A DNA stretch of 63,527 bases, the filler included. It is 6 parts of 6 records of this genome, joined end to end, with 100 filler letters (N's around TTAATTAATTAA, not from the genome) between each part and the next. Parts side by side here need not be neighbours in the genome. Positions count along the whole stretch, not along the records: positions 54,336 to 59,828 come from SRR20825010_4553; positions 59,929 to 63,527 come from SRR20825010_4568; 4 more parts are not named here. The stretch is one strand, 5' to 3'. The position numbers and the translations under genes are program-made. Every line of letters starts with the position of its first letter. Position 1 is the first letter of the stretch. Under the pieces are notes generated by a model. That model had not been told where the DNA came from, ran no database searches, and saw only the letters and a list, made by a program, of their open reading frames with translations. Positions 54,336 to 63,527 of the stretch are shown here, piece by piece.

Positions 54336-54406
54336 TCCGCCGCTTCCTGCGCCCGGTCTGCTACCAGAACATGCCCGCCGAATTGTTGCCAGACGACTTC
54401 AACTGA
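54336..54406 (+). CDS. C-terminal fragment of a NADP+ aldehyde dehydrogenase (KGSADH-like)
   Basis: RRFLRPVCYQNMPAELLPDDFN*, typical C-terminus of that family. Confidence 0.7.
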
Positions 54407-54436
54407 TCGTTACGGCTCGGAGCCTTTGAAAGATGC

Positions 54437-54469
54437 ACCGGCCTCGTCCTCACGGACGGGGCCGGTTTT
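54437..54469. terminator. Hairpin between convergent genes
   Basis: ACCGGCCTCGTCC-TCAC-GGACGGGGCCGGT followed by TTT. Confidence 0.65.
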
Positions 54470-54488
54470 CCGTTCTGCCGATCCCGGT

Positions 54489-55187
54489 TCAGATCTTGAG
54501 CCGTTCGGCCAGTTCCGCGCGAAGATTGACCGTGCCGGTATGGGTGTAGATGCATTCGCCGTGATCCATCAGCGCCGCCTGATCTGCCACCGCCTCGACC
54601 AGGCTCAGATTCTGCTCGACGATCAGGAAACCGCGACCCGCAGCTTTCGCCCGGTTGATCGCCTCGGCCATCAGCGCGATGTTTTCCGGCTGCACCCCTT
54701 CGGTCGGCTCGTCCAGGATCACCAGCCTTGTGTCCTCGGCCAGCGCCCGGCAGAAGGACAGGATCTTCTTTTCGCCGCCCGACAGGGTTCCGGCCCGTTG
54801 TGCAAGCCGGTCGGGCAGCCGCGGAAACATTTCAAAAAGCTCCTTGTAGCGTTCCAGAGACCGGTCGCGATGATGCAGCGTCAGGTTCTCGGCAACGCTG
54901 AGCGTATCGAACACCACGCCTTCCTGCGGCGCATAGCCCATGCCCTGCCTGGCGCGCCCATGGGATGGGGCGAAGGTGAGATCCGCTCCCTCAAACATCA
55001 CCCGGCCCGATGCGGGTTTGAGCGCGCCGGTGACAAGCCGCACCAGCGTCGATTTGCCGACGCCGTTGCGGCCGGTCACGCACAGCGCCTGGCCTGGCGA
55101 CAAGCTGAGCGAGAGACCGGTGACGATGATGATCTCGCCATATCCGCCGGTGAGTTTTTCGATCGAGAGAGGCGGCGGGGCGCTCAT
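54489..55187 (-). CDS. HAAT-family ABC ATPase (UrtE/LivF-like)
   Basis: GRNGVGKST, LSGGEKK, LDEPTEGVQP, VEQN. Confidence 0.9.
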   Translation of the reverse strand: MSAPPPLSIEKLTGGYGEIIIVTGLSLSLSPGQALCVTGRNGVGKSTLVRLVTGALKPASGRVMFEGADLTFAPSHGRARQGMGYAPQEGVVFDTLSVAENLTLHHRDRSLERYKELFEMFPRLPDRLAQRAGTLSGGEKKILSFCRALAEDTRLVILDEPTEGVQPENIALMAEAINRAKAAGRGFLIVEQNLSLVEAVADQAALMDHGECIYTHTGTVNLRAELAERLKI

Positions 55188-56926
55188 TTGCTGCCTCCCG
55201 AATAGACACGGGCGACATCGGCGTTGGCGCGGATCTCGGTCATGGTTCCGTTGGCGAGCAGCGCGCCCTGGTGCATGACGATGACGTGGTCGGACAGCCG
55301 CTCCACTACCTGCATGTCGTGTTCGATGATGATAAAAGTGGCCTTCGTCTGCCCGGCGATCGCGGCGATCGCCTCGATCATCTGCCGGGTCTCGTCGGTG
55401 GACAATCCGGCGCAGGGCTCGTCGAGCAGCACAAGGTCGGGTTCGGCCAGAACCGTCATCGAGAAATCCAGCATCTGCCGCTGGCCGACCGAAAGCGAGC
55501 CTGCCGTCTTGTCGCTCTGCGTGAGAAAGGGAAAGCGCGTCGCAAGCTCGCCAAGCATGGGCGTCGTCCAGCCATAGGGCCGCATCGAGAGCATCTCCAC
55601 TGCTCCGATGCGGTTCGCCCACAGCGCGATTTCGATGTTCTGGCGGACGCTGAGCTCGGGGAAGATCGAGGGAACCTGGAACTTGCGGCCGATACCGTTG
55701 CGCGCCGCGATGAACGGCCGCGTGTTGCCGAGCGAAATGCCGCGCCAGCTGATCTCGCCCCCGCCGAGCGGCAGCCGGCCGGTGAGCACGTTGAGCGCCG
55801 AAGTCTTGCCCGCACCGTTCGGCCCGATGATGCAGTGGATGCCACTGCGGGCGATGGCAAAACTCAGGCCGTTGAGGATCCGGACCGGACCCATGCTGAC
55901 GCCGACACTGTCGAACCGCAGGTCCGGCGCAGCCCGATGCTCTTTCCCGGCCAGCTGGACAGCCGCGATGCCCGGGCCTCGGATTTGCCTCTCGCCGCAA
56001 AGCCGGGACAGTGCGGCTGAAAACAGCCCGCTGATGCCGCCCGGCATCTTCAGCACGACGAGGATGAACACCAGTGCGACCGCCACTTCCCAGTAGCGGA
56101 ACGAGTCGCGCAGGCCTGCTGCCATGAAGCCGATCAGCACCGCGCCTGCAACCGGGCCGATGAGGCCGAAGCGCCCGCCGACCGCGGTCCAGATCAGGAG
56201 TTCCGCCGAGAGCACGAAGCCCACCGCCTGCGGCGTGACAATGCCCTGGTGCGGCGCATAGAGCACGCCAGCGAGGCCAGCGATGCCCCCGCTGATGGCA
56301 AAGGCCGCGGCCTTCAGCATCGATGTGCGGAAACCGAAGAACTGCAGCCGTTCCTCGTTCTCGCGTATGGCGATCAGCAGTTGCCCGAACGGCGCGCGCA
56401 TCACATGCGCCAGCACCAGGGTTGATACGATCAGCACTCCGGCGATGACGAAATAGAGCGTCTCGTAGGTATCGATTCCGGGCAGCCCGGGAATCGCGGT
56501 CATGCCGTTGAAGCCGCCGGTAATCCCGCTCAGCGAATTGGCAAGCTGGAACCCGAGCATCGACAGCGCCAGCGTGATCAGCGAGAAATAGGGTCCCGAG
56601 CCGGTCTGCCGGTTGAACACCAGCGCGCCGATCAGTCCGGCGAGCAGCGCCGGCACCAGGCAGGCGACGGCAAAGGCCGGCAGCAGCAGCGCCCAGCCCA
56701 GATCGGCCTTCAGCGCAACCCCCGAGAGATAGGCGCCGATACCGAAGAACAGCGCCTGCCCGAGCGGCAGGAAGCCCGCCCGCCCCCAGCACAGCGCGAT
56801 GCCCTGCGCCACCATGCCGTAGAGCAGGTAGAGCCCGAGCTGGTAGGCTGTGAAGCTGTCGGTGATCCACGGGAACGCGATCAGCAGCCCAGCGAGCGTG
56901 AATTTAGCGGCGCGAGAAAATGCCAT
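55184..56926 (-). CDS. HAAT-family permease-ATPase fusion (UrtC+UrtD-like)
   Basis: GPYFSLITLAL, AIRENEER, then GPNGAGKT, RKFQVP, LDEP, IEHDM. Confidence 0.9.
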   Translation of the reverse strand: MAFSRAAKFTLAGLLIAFPWITDSFTAYQLGLYLLYGMVAQGIALCWGRAGFLPLGQALFFGIGAYLSGVALKADLGWALLLPAFAVACLVPALLAGLIGALVFNRQTGSGPYFSLITLALSMLGFQLANSLSGITGGFNGMTAIPGLPGIDTYETLYFVIAGVLIVSTLVLAHVMRAPFGQLLIAIRENEERLQFFGFRTSMLKAAAFAISGGIAGLAGVLYAPHQGIVTPQAVGFVLSAELLIWTAVGGRFGLIGPVAGAVLIGFMAAGLRDSFRYWEVAVALVFILVVLKMPGGISGLFSAALSRLCGERQIRGPGIAAVQLAGKEHRAAPDLRFDSVGVSMGPVRILNGLSFAIARSGIHCIIGPNGAGKTSALNVLTGRLPLGGGEISWRGISLGNTRPFIAARNGIGRKFQVPSIFPELSVRQNIEIALWANRIGAVEMLSMRPYGWTTPMLGELATRFPFLTQSDKTAGSLSVGQRQMLDFSMTVLAEPDLVLLDEPCAGLSTDETRQMIEAIAAIAGQTKATFIIIEHDMQVVERLSDHVIVMHQGALLANGTMTEIRANADVARVYSGGSK

Positions 56927-57755
56927 CGGGCCTCAACCACAAAAACAGGATGGAGATCGCAAGCACACCGAGGTAACCGGCGGTCTTGTCGAAGACCGCG
57001 GAAATGACGACGTCGGCGCCGCCGATGATGCTGGAGCCGGTGATCAGGCCCTCGAGCGTGCCCAGTCCGCCGACCACCAGGATGAAGAAGGAGGAGAGCA
57101 GGTAATCGAGCCCCATATAGGGTTCGACCCTGACCAGCGGCGCGAGCAGCACGCCAGCGAGCCCTGCGATGGCGACGCCGGTGACGAAGGTCGCGCGCGA
57201 CAGCCGCGCCGTGTTGATGCCGACGGCCGCGGCGAGGTCGGGGTTCTGCACCATCGCCTTGATCCGCGCGCCGGTGTTGGAGCGCTGGTACCAGACAAAC
57301 AGGGCGGCAAACATCGTGACGATCACCGCCATCAGCACCAGCCGGTAGGCCGGGTAGTCGATGCCCATCAGGCTGACCGTGCCGGGCAGCGACTGGTCGA
57401 CGCTCTGGTATTCGCGTCCGAAACTCACCTCCACACCCTTGCGCATCAGGATCGCGATCCCCCAGGTCGCCAGGAACGTGTCGAACGGCCGCCGGTAGAG
57501 ATGGCGGATCACCGACCATTCCATCAGCCAGCCCAGCGCGCCGCAGACGATCACGGCGAGCGGGATCGCCAGCACGAACGGCAAACCGGCCTGCTGCACC
57601 GTGAGCGCGCTGTAGGCGCCGAGCATGACGAACTCGCCATGCGCCATGTTCATGACGCCGAGCAGGCCGAACACCACCGCAAGCCCCAGGACGATCAGTC
57701 CCAGGGTTGCGGTGGAATAGGCGAAATTAAGCCCGTAGGTGACAACGAGATCCAT
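56904..57755 (-). CDS. HAAT-family permease (UrtB/LivH-like)
   Basis: GVMNMAHGEFVMLGAY, LATWG, VVGGLG. Confidence 0.92.
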   Translation of the reverse strand: MDLVVTYGLNFAYSTATLGLIVLGLAVVFGLLGVMNMAHGEFVMLGAYSALTVQQAGLPFVLAIPLAVIVCGALGWLMEWSVIRHLYRRPFDTFLATWGIAILMRKGVEVSFGREYQSVDQSLPGTVSLMGIDYPAYRLVLMAVIVTMFAALFVWYQRSNTGARIKAMVQNPDLAAAVGINTARLSRATFVTGVAIAGLAGVLLAPLVRVEPYMGLDYLLSSFFILVVGGLGTLEGLITGSSIIGGADVVISAVFDKTAGYLGVLAISILFLWLRPDGIFSRR

Positions 57756-57770
57756 CGCCTCTGCCGATCC

Positions 57771-58934
57771 TCAGCCGCAATTGTTGCCGGGATCGACATT
57801 CTCGAAGGTCTGCACCACCTTGAAGGCGGTGCCGTCCGCCTCGGCCAGGTAGATATCCTTGGCGACATGGCGGTTCGACATCGTCGCCGCACCGCGCGGA
57901 CCCTCGTAGGTCGTGCCCTCGGCGATGGCGTCGATATCGGAGGCTGACAGCGACTGTGCCTTGCCGGCGAGCGCGCTCAGAAGCAGAACGCCCTCGTAGC
58001 AGGATTCACCCAGCGAATTGAGCGCTGCCGCATCAGCCCCGAATTTCGCGGCATAGGCTTCCGCAACGGCCTTGGCGGCCGGGGTGTCGATGGAGGCGAA
58101 ATAGCCGGCCGAGGAGTAGAGCCCCTTGGAGTTTTCCGCGCCGATGCCGGCCAGGGTGTTCTCCTCGATCAGGGTGCCAAGCCTTATGGCGCTGTCGGCA
58201 AGCCCGAAGCTGGCGAAGGCCCGGTTGAAGCCGACCGATGCGCCGCCGACCAGCGTGATCAGCACCGCATTGGCGCCGGTGTCCTTGATCTTGGCGAGGT
58301 TGGAATCGAAGTTGTCGGCCGTGAACGGCAGGTATTCCTCGCCGACGACTTCGCCGCCCGAGGCTTCGATATAGCCCTTCGCGGCAGCGTTGGTGTCGCG
58401 CGGCCAGTTGTAGTCATTGCCGATCAGGTACCATTTGCTGGCGCCCTTTTCCGAGGCCAGCCACGGGATCACCGGCGCCAGTTGCTGGTCCGGCGTTTCG
58501 CCGATGACATAGGTGCCGGCTGCGCACTCGCCGCCCTCGTAGACGGGGGTGTAGATATAGGGCACCTGGCCCTTGAACAGGTTGGTCAGTGCGCCGCGCA
58601 CGGCGCTGTCATGCATGCCGATAAAGGCTTCGGCCTTCTCGCCCTTCCACAGTTTCAGCGCCGCCTGGGTGGCATCTGCCGGCGGTCCGCCGACATCGGC
58701 GAACATTGGTTCGATCTGGCGGCCGAGAATGCCGCCCGCCGCATTGATCTCGTCGATGGCCATCTGCGCGCAGTTCTGCGACGAGGGGCCGAACAGTCCG
58801 GCCGGGCCCGACAGCGGGATCAGGATGCCGACCTTGATCGGGCCTGCGGCGAAGGCCGAGGTGAGGGTACTGCTCGAGAGCGCGCCGGCAATGGCGACGG
58901 TGAGCGATGATTTGATGAAGTCGCGTCTTTTCAT
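57771..58934 (-). CDS. Tat-exported AmiC/UrtA-like amide-binding protein
   Basis: MKRRDFIK twin-arginine signal, INAAGGILGR, YTPVYEGGEC, LIGNDYNWPR. Confidence 0.88.
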   Translation of the reverse strand: MKRRDFIKSSLTVAIAGALSSSTLTSAFAAGPIKVGILIPLSGPAGLFGPSSQNCAQMAIDEINAAGGILGRQIEPMFADVGGPPADATQAALKLWKGEKAEAFIGMHDSAVRGALTNLFKGQVPYIYTPVYEGGECAAGTYVIGETPDQQLAPVIPWLASEKGASKWYLIGNDYNWPRDTNAAAKGYIEASGGEVVGEEYLPFTADNFDSNLAKIKDTGANAVLITLVGGASVGFNRAFASFGLADSAIRLGTLIEENTLAGIGAENSKGLYSSAGYFASIDTPAAKAVAEAYAAKFGADAAALNSLGESCYEGVLLLSALAGKAQSLSASDIDAIAEGTTYEGPRGAATMSNRHVAKDIYLAEADGTAFKVVQTFENVDPGNNCG

Positions 58935-58957
58935 GTTTGTTCCCCGGTTGTTAGGTT

Positions 58958-59828
58958 TCAACGGACTGGCGGTTTCGCATCGAAGGCGAAGACGGTTTCA
59001 ATGGCGGCGGCAATGGCGAGCAGCCGGTCGTCCGACAGCGCGGGGCCGTCGAGTTCCATGCCCAGCGGCAAGCCGTCGGTGCTGAGCCCGGAGGGCAGGC
59101 TGATGCCCGGGATCGCCGCATTGCTGCCCGGATCGGTGTTGCGGATGAAGGTCGGGAAGGTCGGGACCCGTTGGCCGTTCAGCTCCACGGTCTCGTCGTC
59201 GCCGATCGGCCGGGCCGGCAGCGGCGCCGTCGGGAAGATCACCGCCTCGACGTCATGGGACCTGAAATAGTCGGCATAGGCTGCCAGCAGCTTCGGCCGG
59301 TCCTCGTCGATCGCCTTCCGGTAGACGGCCTCCGGCATCGCGTCCGGGCCAAGCTGGGAGGCGACCAGTCCCTTGACGTCGGGGCTGCCGATGCCGTCGA
59401 GTATGTCCTGCATGGTCAGGTCCAGTCCCTGGTCGCGAAGATAGGCCGGCAGATCCTGCATGAATTCGTAGAGCACCACCGGGAAACTGACCGCCGCGTC
59501 GAGCGCGCCGATATCGGGAATGTCCGCCTCGATGAGCACGACACCGGCCTTGCGCAGTGCGTCGAGCGCGGCTTCAGCGTTGGCAGCGACGGCCGGATCC
59601 AGCGCCTCGTAGAAATAGGTGCGCGGCACGCCGAGCCGCAGTCCCGCAAGCGCCGCTGGAGCTGTCGCGGGCACGCCGCCCGCCATCACCCGGTCGAGCA
59701 GCTGCGCGTCCGCGACCGATCGCGTGATCGGGCCTGCGGTGTCGCGGGTGTGGCTGATCGGAACGATGCCTTCGCCCCGATAGCGCCCCACGGTGGGGCG
59801 GAAGCCGACCAGACCGCACAGCGACGCC
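58958..59828 (-). CDS. Amidase-signature enzyme, indoleacetamide/mandelamide hydrolase-like (5' truncated)
   Basis: [48 protein letters not shown]. Confidence 0.85.
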
Positions 59829-59928
59829 NNNNNNNNNNNNNNNNNNNNNNNNNNNNNNNNNNNNNNNNNNNNTTAATTAATTAANNNNNNNNNNNNNNNN
59901 NNNNNNNNNNNNNNNNNNNNNNNNNNNN
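59829..59928. other. Artificial contig linker
   Basis: N44-TTAATTAATTAA-N44. Confidence 0.99.
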
Positions 59929-60490
59929 AGACAACTGGTTGCATATAGACCAGCTGATCCCCAGGGAAGGCAACAAACAACTCAAACCTGGCGACGACCT
60001 GACGATACGGGTGAGCCATGGCGGCACCCTTTACCAATTCAAATCCAGACATCTGTCCCCGACCATTGAGGAAGACGGCTTTCCCTGTCACAAGATCGCC
60101 TTCCCCCAACAGCTTGATTTTTCAGAGCAACGCACCAGCTTCAGGGTGCCGATACGAAGGGACCAGGCACCCTCGGTTAACATATTGACCCACGACGGAC
60201 AAAGACTTCGTGCGCAGCTCGAAAACATTTCAGATAACGGTCTCTGCATCAGATTGCATGTGCCTCAAACGATCAGCGATACACAACTCGTTCATTGCGA
60301 AATCAACTTTACTGACTTCGAACCCTTATCACTCGACGCTCAGGTCAGGCACAATAAAGCCGCCCCGCAGGTACCAGCCAGCAGAATTGGTATGGAGTTC
60401 AGCTCACTATCCAGTTTGACTCGCAAACAACTCAGCCAATGGTTGATGAAATTGCAACGGCATCATATCCGCACTGGTCTGCCGGCCTGA
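59929..60490 (+). CDS. YcgR/FlgZ-like flagellar brake, PilZ domain (5' truncated)
   Basis: DQLIP..GN, QRTSFRV (RxxxR), NISDNG (NxSxxG), IGMEF. Confidence 0.8.
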
Positions 60491-60668
60491 AAACCGTCAA
60501 TTTTCCGTCTACGTGACAACCAAAAAAGGCAAATAAATAAACTCGCCATTTATTTGTCAAAAAATATATGATGCATCATAATGCTTTTTTGGTTGTCTCA
60601 TACGCACTATCCATCAGAATTTGAGCCACTCTTCATTCGGCTTATAAAGACATGGACACACATGTTTT

Positions 60669-61577
60669 ATGGAAAAAGTAATACCGATAAACACCTCGCA
60701 AAACGCAGTGAAATCCGCGGCAGATCGCCCGCCCAAAAACCAACTATCTCATCAATTGATCTCCGACAAAAACCAGTTGAGGCTTCACCAAAAGCTTCAG
60801 GGTTCACTTGATCTCGGCTCCCTGATCAATCACTTTTTCGTTTGGTTAAGTGAGCAACAACCCTTGGGTAGCGTTGAATACGTTTATCCTGATGAGGATA
60901 TCTCTCTTCTATCGGGGTCACTGCGGGTTCACCAGGCCCACTACACTTTGCGACTACAAAAACGTTATCTGGGGGAATTGGCCATCAGTAGCCAAAAACG
61001 CTTCTCTGAACAGGATCTGTTTGTTCATGAACAAAGTATTGGTTGCCTTGCTCACTATCTGAAAAATGCCCTCGATTTCCGGGCAATGGAAAAAATGGCC
61101 TTCTATGATGCATTGACTGGTGTCATGAACAGAAAATCACTTGACGAACTACTACCCAAAGAAACCAAACGAGCCGAGCGGCATGGTTACGACCTGTCAG
61201 TCATGATGATTGATATTGATAATTTCAAAATAATCAACGATCAGGTCGGTCATATCGGCGGCGACCAGATATTAAAACACGCATCAAAGGCCATCAGGCA
61301 GGTACTGCGTATTTCGGATCTCCCCTTTCGTTTTGGGGGAGATGAATTTGTGCTGATATTACCTAACACAGACCTTGTTGGTGCCCGCAGTGCCGCAAAA
61401 CAGATCATGTCATCCCTAGGCAACACGGCTGTTGAAATAAACAACCACAGCATTACGCCGAGAGTCAGTATTGGTTTGGCCTCATATCGTCATGGAGAGC
61501 ATCACGAAGAGCTCATAAGACGATCTGATCAGGCACTATACGATGCAAAAAAGAACGGCCGGAATTGCATTTGTTGA
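60669..61577 (+). CDS. Diguanylate cyclase (GGDEF)
   Basis: DALTGVMNR, DIDNFK.IND..GH..GD, I-site RISD, RFGGDEF. Confidence 0.93.
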   Translation: MEKVIPINTSQNAVKSAADRPPKNQLSHQLISDKNQLRLHQKLQGSLDLGSLINHFFVWLSEQQPLGSVEYVYPDEDISLLSGSLRVHQAHYTLRLQKRYLGELAISSQKRFSEQDLFVHEQSIGCLAHYLKNALDFRAMEKMAFYDALTGVMNRKSLDELLPKETKRAERHGYDLSVMMIDIDNFKIINDQVGHIGGDQILKHASKAIRQVLRISDLPFRFGGDEFVLILPNTDLVGARSAAKQIMSSLGNTAVEINNHSITPRVSIGLASYRHGEHHEELIRRSDQALYDAKKNGRNCIC

Positions 61578-61814
61578 TTCTTCCTTCGTTAATTATAAAT
61601 TAACGATACCAGTAGCTGATCAGATTCAGGAAGTGTTTTTCTCATCCACTCTGATAAAGCAATGTAAACCACACATTGTCAGCATGTGTTACCATGTGTA
61701 CCCTGCCAAACTGTTTTAATTACCTCTTTAGCACTCAATGAGATCACACTGGCATCTCATAGGGAGCAAACGTCTACCCACTGCCCCCATAAAGTTAGAA
61801 GGCAAAGAAATATT

Positions 61815-62264
61815 GTGAAAGGGGAAAACCTGGACAAAAGGAAATTTAGCGGAAACCGGGTCATTGCCAGATGTGAGATAACCCTCAAGAATCTGGACCC
61901 ATTCGCTTTTCATGAGGCCACCAAGTCTGGCCATATGGTGTTAAACATCAGGGGTGGTTGCCTCTATCTGAATGAAGGGGCAACGGAAAAAGTTCTGGAG
62001 AAAATGTTTCCCGATGGCAAGAACACTGTGTTTAAGGAAATCAGACTATTTTCCGGTTTGAATGACGTAATTATCATCAAAAACATCAAAGCTGCTTTTC
62101 TCAGAATCCGGCGGGGTAAAAAAAGAGCGGGCATAGTTGTCCGCTTTGTAGATATTTCAGAAGAGCACCTCGATGAGCTCAGCAGCCTCATCAATCGTCT
62201 CCCCTTAATTGAGGGTGACGAAGAAGCAGCACTTCCCTCCGAAAATGCCATTAAGCCAACCTAG
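61815..62264 (+). CDS. Hypothetical protein, degenerate PilZ-like (start uncertain)
   Basis: DKRKFSGNR, NIRGGC, GIVVRFVDISEE..DEL...I resemble the PilZ scaffold. Confidence 0.5.
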   Translation: MKGENLDKRKFSGNRVIARCEITLKNLDPFAFHEATKSGHMVLNIRGGCLYLNEGATEKVLEKMFPDGKNTVFKEIRLFSGLNDVIIIKNIKAAFLRIRRGKKRAGIVVRFVDISEEHLDELSSLINRLPLIEGDEEAALPSENAIKPT

Positions 62265-62415
62265 CCCGATATCTTGGCTGGTGTGACATGGTTCTAATCA
62301 CTATTGGCGGCCCACCCCATTCTGTTCAGACGTTACAAGCCAACACCTCTCCAAACCCCTACCCCGGGGACCTTATGATAAGAGAAATGGCGATAGTAGT
62401 GAGGAAGGTCTCAGA

Positions 62416-62796
62416 TCAGGCAACCTGGACCGGAATAGTATTTGACGCCCGAACAATTTTGTTGCATTCGTCCAGATAAACCAGTTTAGGCTTGTGCCGA
62501 ATCAACTCTTCTTCGGTATATTGGGCATAGGTGGCGATAATCAAACGATCACCGACCTGACACTTGCGAGCTGCGGCACCATTCACAGAAATAATACCGG
62601 AGCCATGTTCTGCACAAATAATGTAGGTAGTGAACCGTTCACCGTTGTTCACATTGTAGATATCGATCTGTTCAAACTCTCTCAGCCCCGCCATCTCCAG
62701 CAGGTTGGCATCAATAGCACAAGAACCGTCGTACCAGAGCTCCGCATGGGTAACGCTGGCCATATGAAGTTTGCCTTTAAGCATGGTGTTCAGCAT
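62416..62796 (-). CDS. panD: Aspartate 1-decarboxylase
   Basis: MLKGKLH, YDGS cleavage site, [14 protein letters not shown]. Confidence 0.97.
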   Translation of the reverse strand: MLNTMLKGKLHMASVTHAELWYDGSCAIDANLLEMAGLREFEQIDIYNVNNGERFTTYIICAEHGSGIISVNGAAARKCQVGDRLIIATYAQYTEEELIRHKPKLVYLDECNKIVRASNTIPVQVA

Positions 62797-62808
62797 AAAG
62801 CGATTCCT

Positions 62809-63527
62809 CTAGTTCAGGGAAATATTATCAATTAAGCGGGCGCCGGACGTGTACATGGCGCCGAGAACAGTAATGTCCCGATCGTCATCTGCCGCCATTT
62901 GCAGTGTCTTGCTATTGCAGACACTGATGTAGTCAGCTCTAAAACCAACGTCCTCAATCTGTTCGCTGGCCCGTTTTTCAAGAGTCTTGTAATCGCGATT
63001 ACCCGCGTTTATCTGGCTCACAATCCAGTTGAGGCTGAGATACAGCTGATTGGCTTTGGGCCGCTCCTCAGACGTCAAAAAACTGTTCCGGGAGCTCATT
63101 GCCAGGCCATCCGGTTCACGGTGAATCGGTGCCCCGGTAATCACAACAGGGACACAGAGATCTTCTGTCATACGACGGATCACGGCCAGCTGCTGGAAAT
63201 CCTTCATCCCGAAAACGGCCTCATCCGGTTGTACGATGTTGAACAGCTTGGTCACCACGGTGGTGACACCCTCAAAGTGCCCCGGACGACTGGCACCACA
63301 GAGAACATCTGTCATGGTCGGACAAATCACCCGGGTTTGAGTATCAAGTCCATTGGGATACATTTCCTGATCATTGGGATGAAATAGAAAATCACAACCG
63401 GCGTCGCGCAAACGACCAGAGTCAGCTTCAAGCGTACGGGGGTATTTATCCCAATCCTCGTTGAGACCGAACTGCAGCCCGTTGACGAAGATGGAACAGA
63501 CCACAACATCATTGGTCTGCTGTGCCT
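62809..63527 (-). CDS. panC: Pantoate--beta-alanine ligase (5' truncated)
   Basis: [37 protein letters not shown]. Confidence 0.97.
   Translation of the reverse strand, partial: AQQTNDVVVCSIFVNGLQFGLNEDWDKYPRTLEADSGRLRDAGCDFLFHPNDQEMYPNGLDTQTRVICPTMTDVLCGASRPGHFEGVTTVVTKLFNIVQPDEAVFGMKDFQQLAVIRRMTEDLCVPVVITGAPIHREPDGLAMSSRNSFLTSEERPKANQLYLSLNWIVSQINAGNRDYKTLEKRASEQIEDVGFRADYISVCNSKTLQMAADDDRDITVLGAMYTSGARLIDNISLN

Noticed and set aside
54489..56870. 793-aa ORF suggesting a giant ATPase fusion
   Set aside because: Only 54489-55187 is coding; the extension is an off-frame overlap with the permease-ATPase gene
1..63527. CRISPR arrays, tRNA/rRNA genes, transposases, prophage or defence genes
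   Set aside because: None recognised by reading; a dedicated scan was not possible

Overview
This is not one locus. It is six unrelated contigs joined by artificial 100-nt linkers (44 N + TTAATTAATTAA + 44 N) at 18386-18485, 32127-32226, 51009-51108, 54236-54335 and 59829-59928, so synteny across linkers is meaningless. Taxonomic labels are inferred from gene order, protein sequences and composition, not from searches. Contig 1 (1-18385, Rhodospirillales-like alphaproteobacterium) holds the conserved block argS-SPOR-nagZ-site-2 protease-scpAB-Fe3+ ABC ATPase-tatABC-serS-surE-pcm-nlpD, a DUF815 ATPase, yajC-secDF-Mth938(NDUFAF3-like)-two squalene/phytoene-synthase-fold genes, and trmFO. Contig 2 (18486-32126, Alcanivorax-like) holds an aupA/aupB-like FadL channel plus Ig-domain lipoprotein, gcvT-H-PA-PB, an AT-richer islet (DUF4375, GFA, decayed GST), an orphan CsgH-like secreted protein and BetT. 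Contig 3 (32227-51008, Limnobacter-like betaproteobacterium) holds prpR-prpBC-acnD, arfB, small membrane proteins, rlmF, AsmA, a CitE-like lyase, mdh, SdhR-sdhCDAB-sdhE-gltA and an unusual Cache/degenerate-MCP/CheW fusion. Contig 4 (51109-54235, Phycisphaerae-like planctomycete) is the start of the S10 operon with unusually long structured spacers. Contig 5 (54336-59828, alphaproteobacterium) is an amidase plus an AmiC/Urt-like ABC transporter. Contig 6 (59929-63527, gammaproteobacterium) holds PilZ, GGDEF, a degenerate PilZ, panD and panC. Most of the window is housekeeping. The best candidates for something undescribed are the soluble sensor-CheW fusion, the 300-nt structured rplC-rplD spacer, and the extra head-to-head prenyl synthase inserted in the secDF-NDUFAF3-NDUFAF6 cluster.
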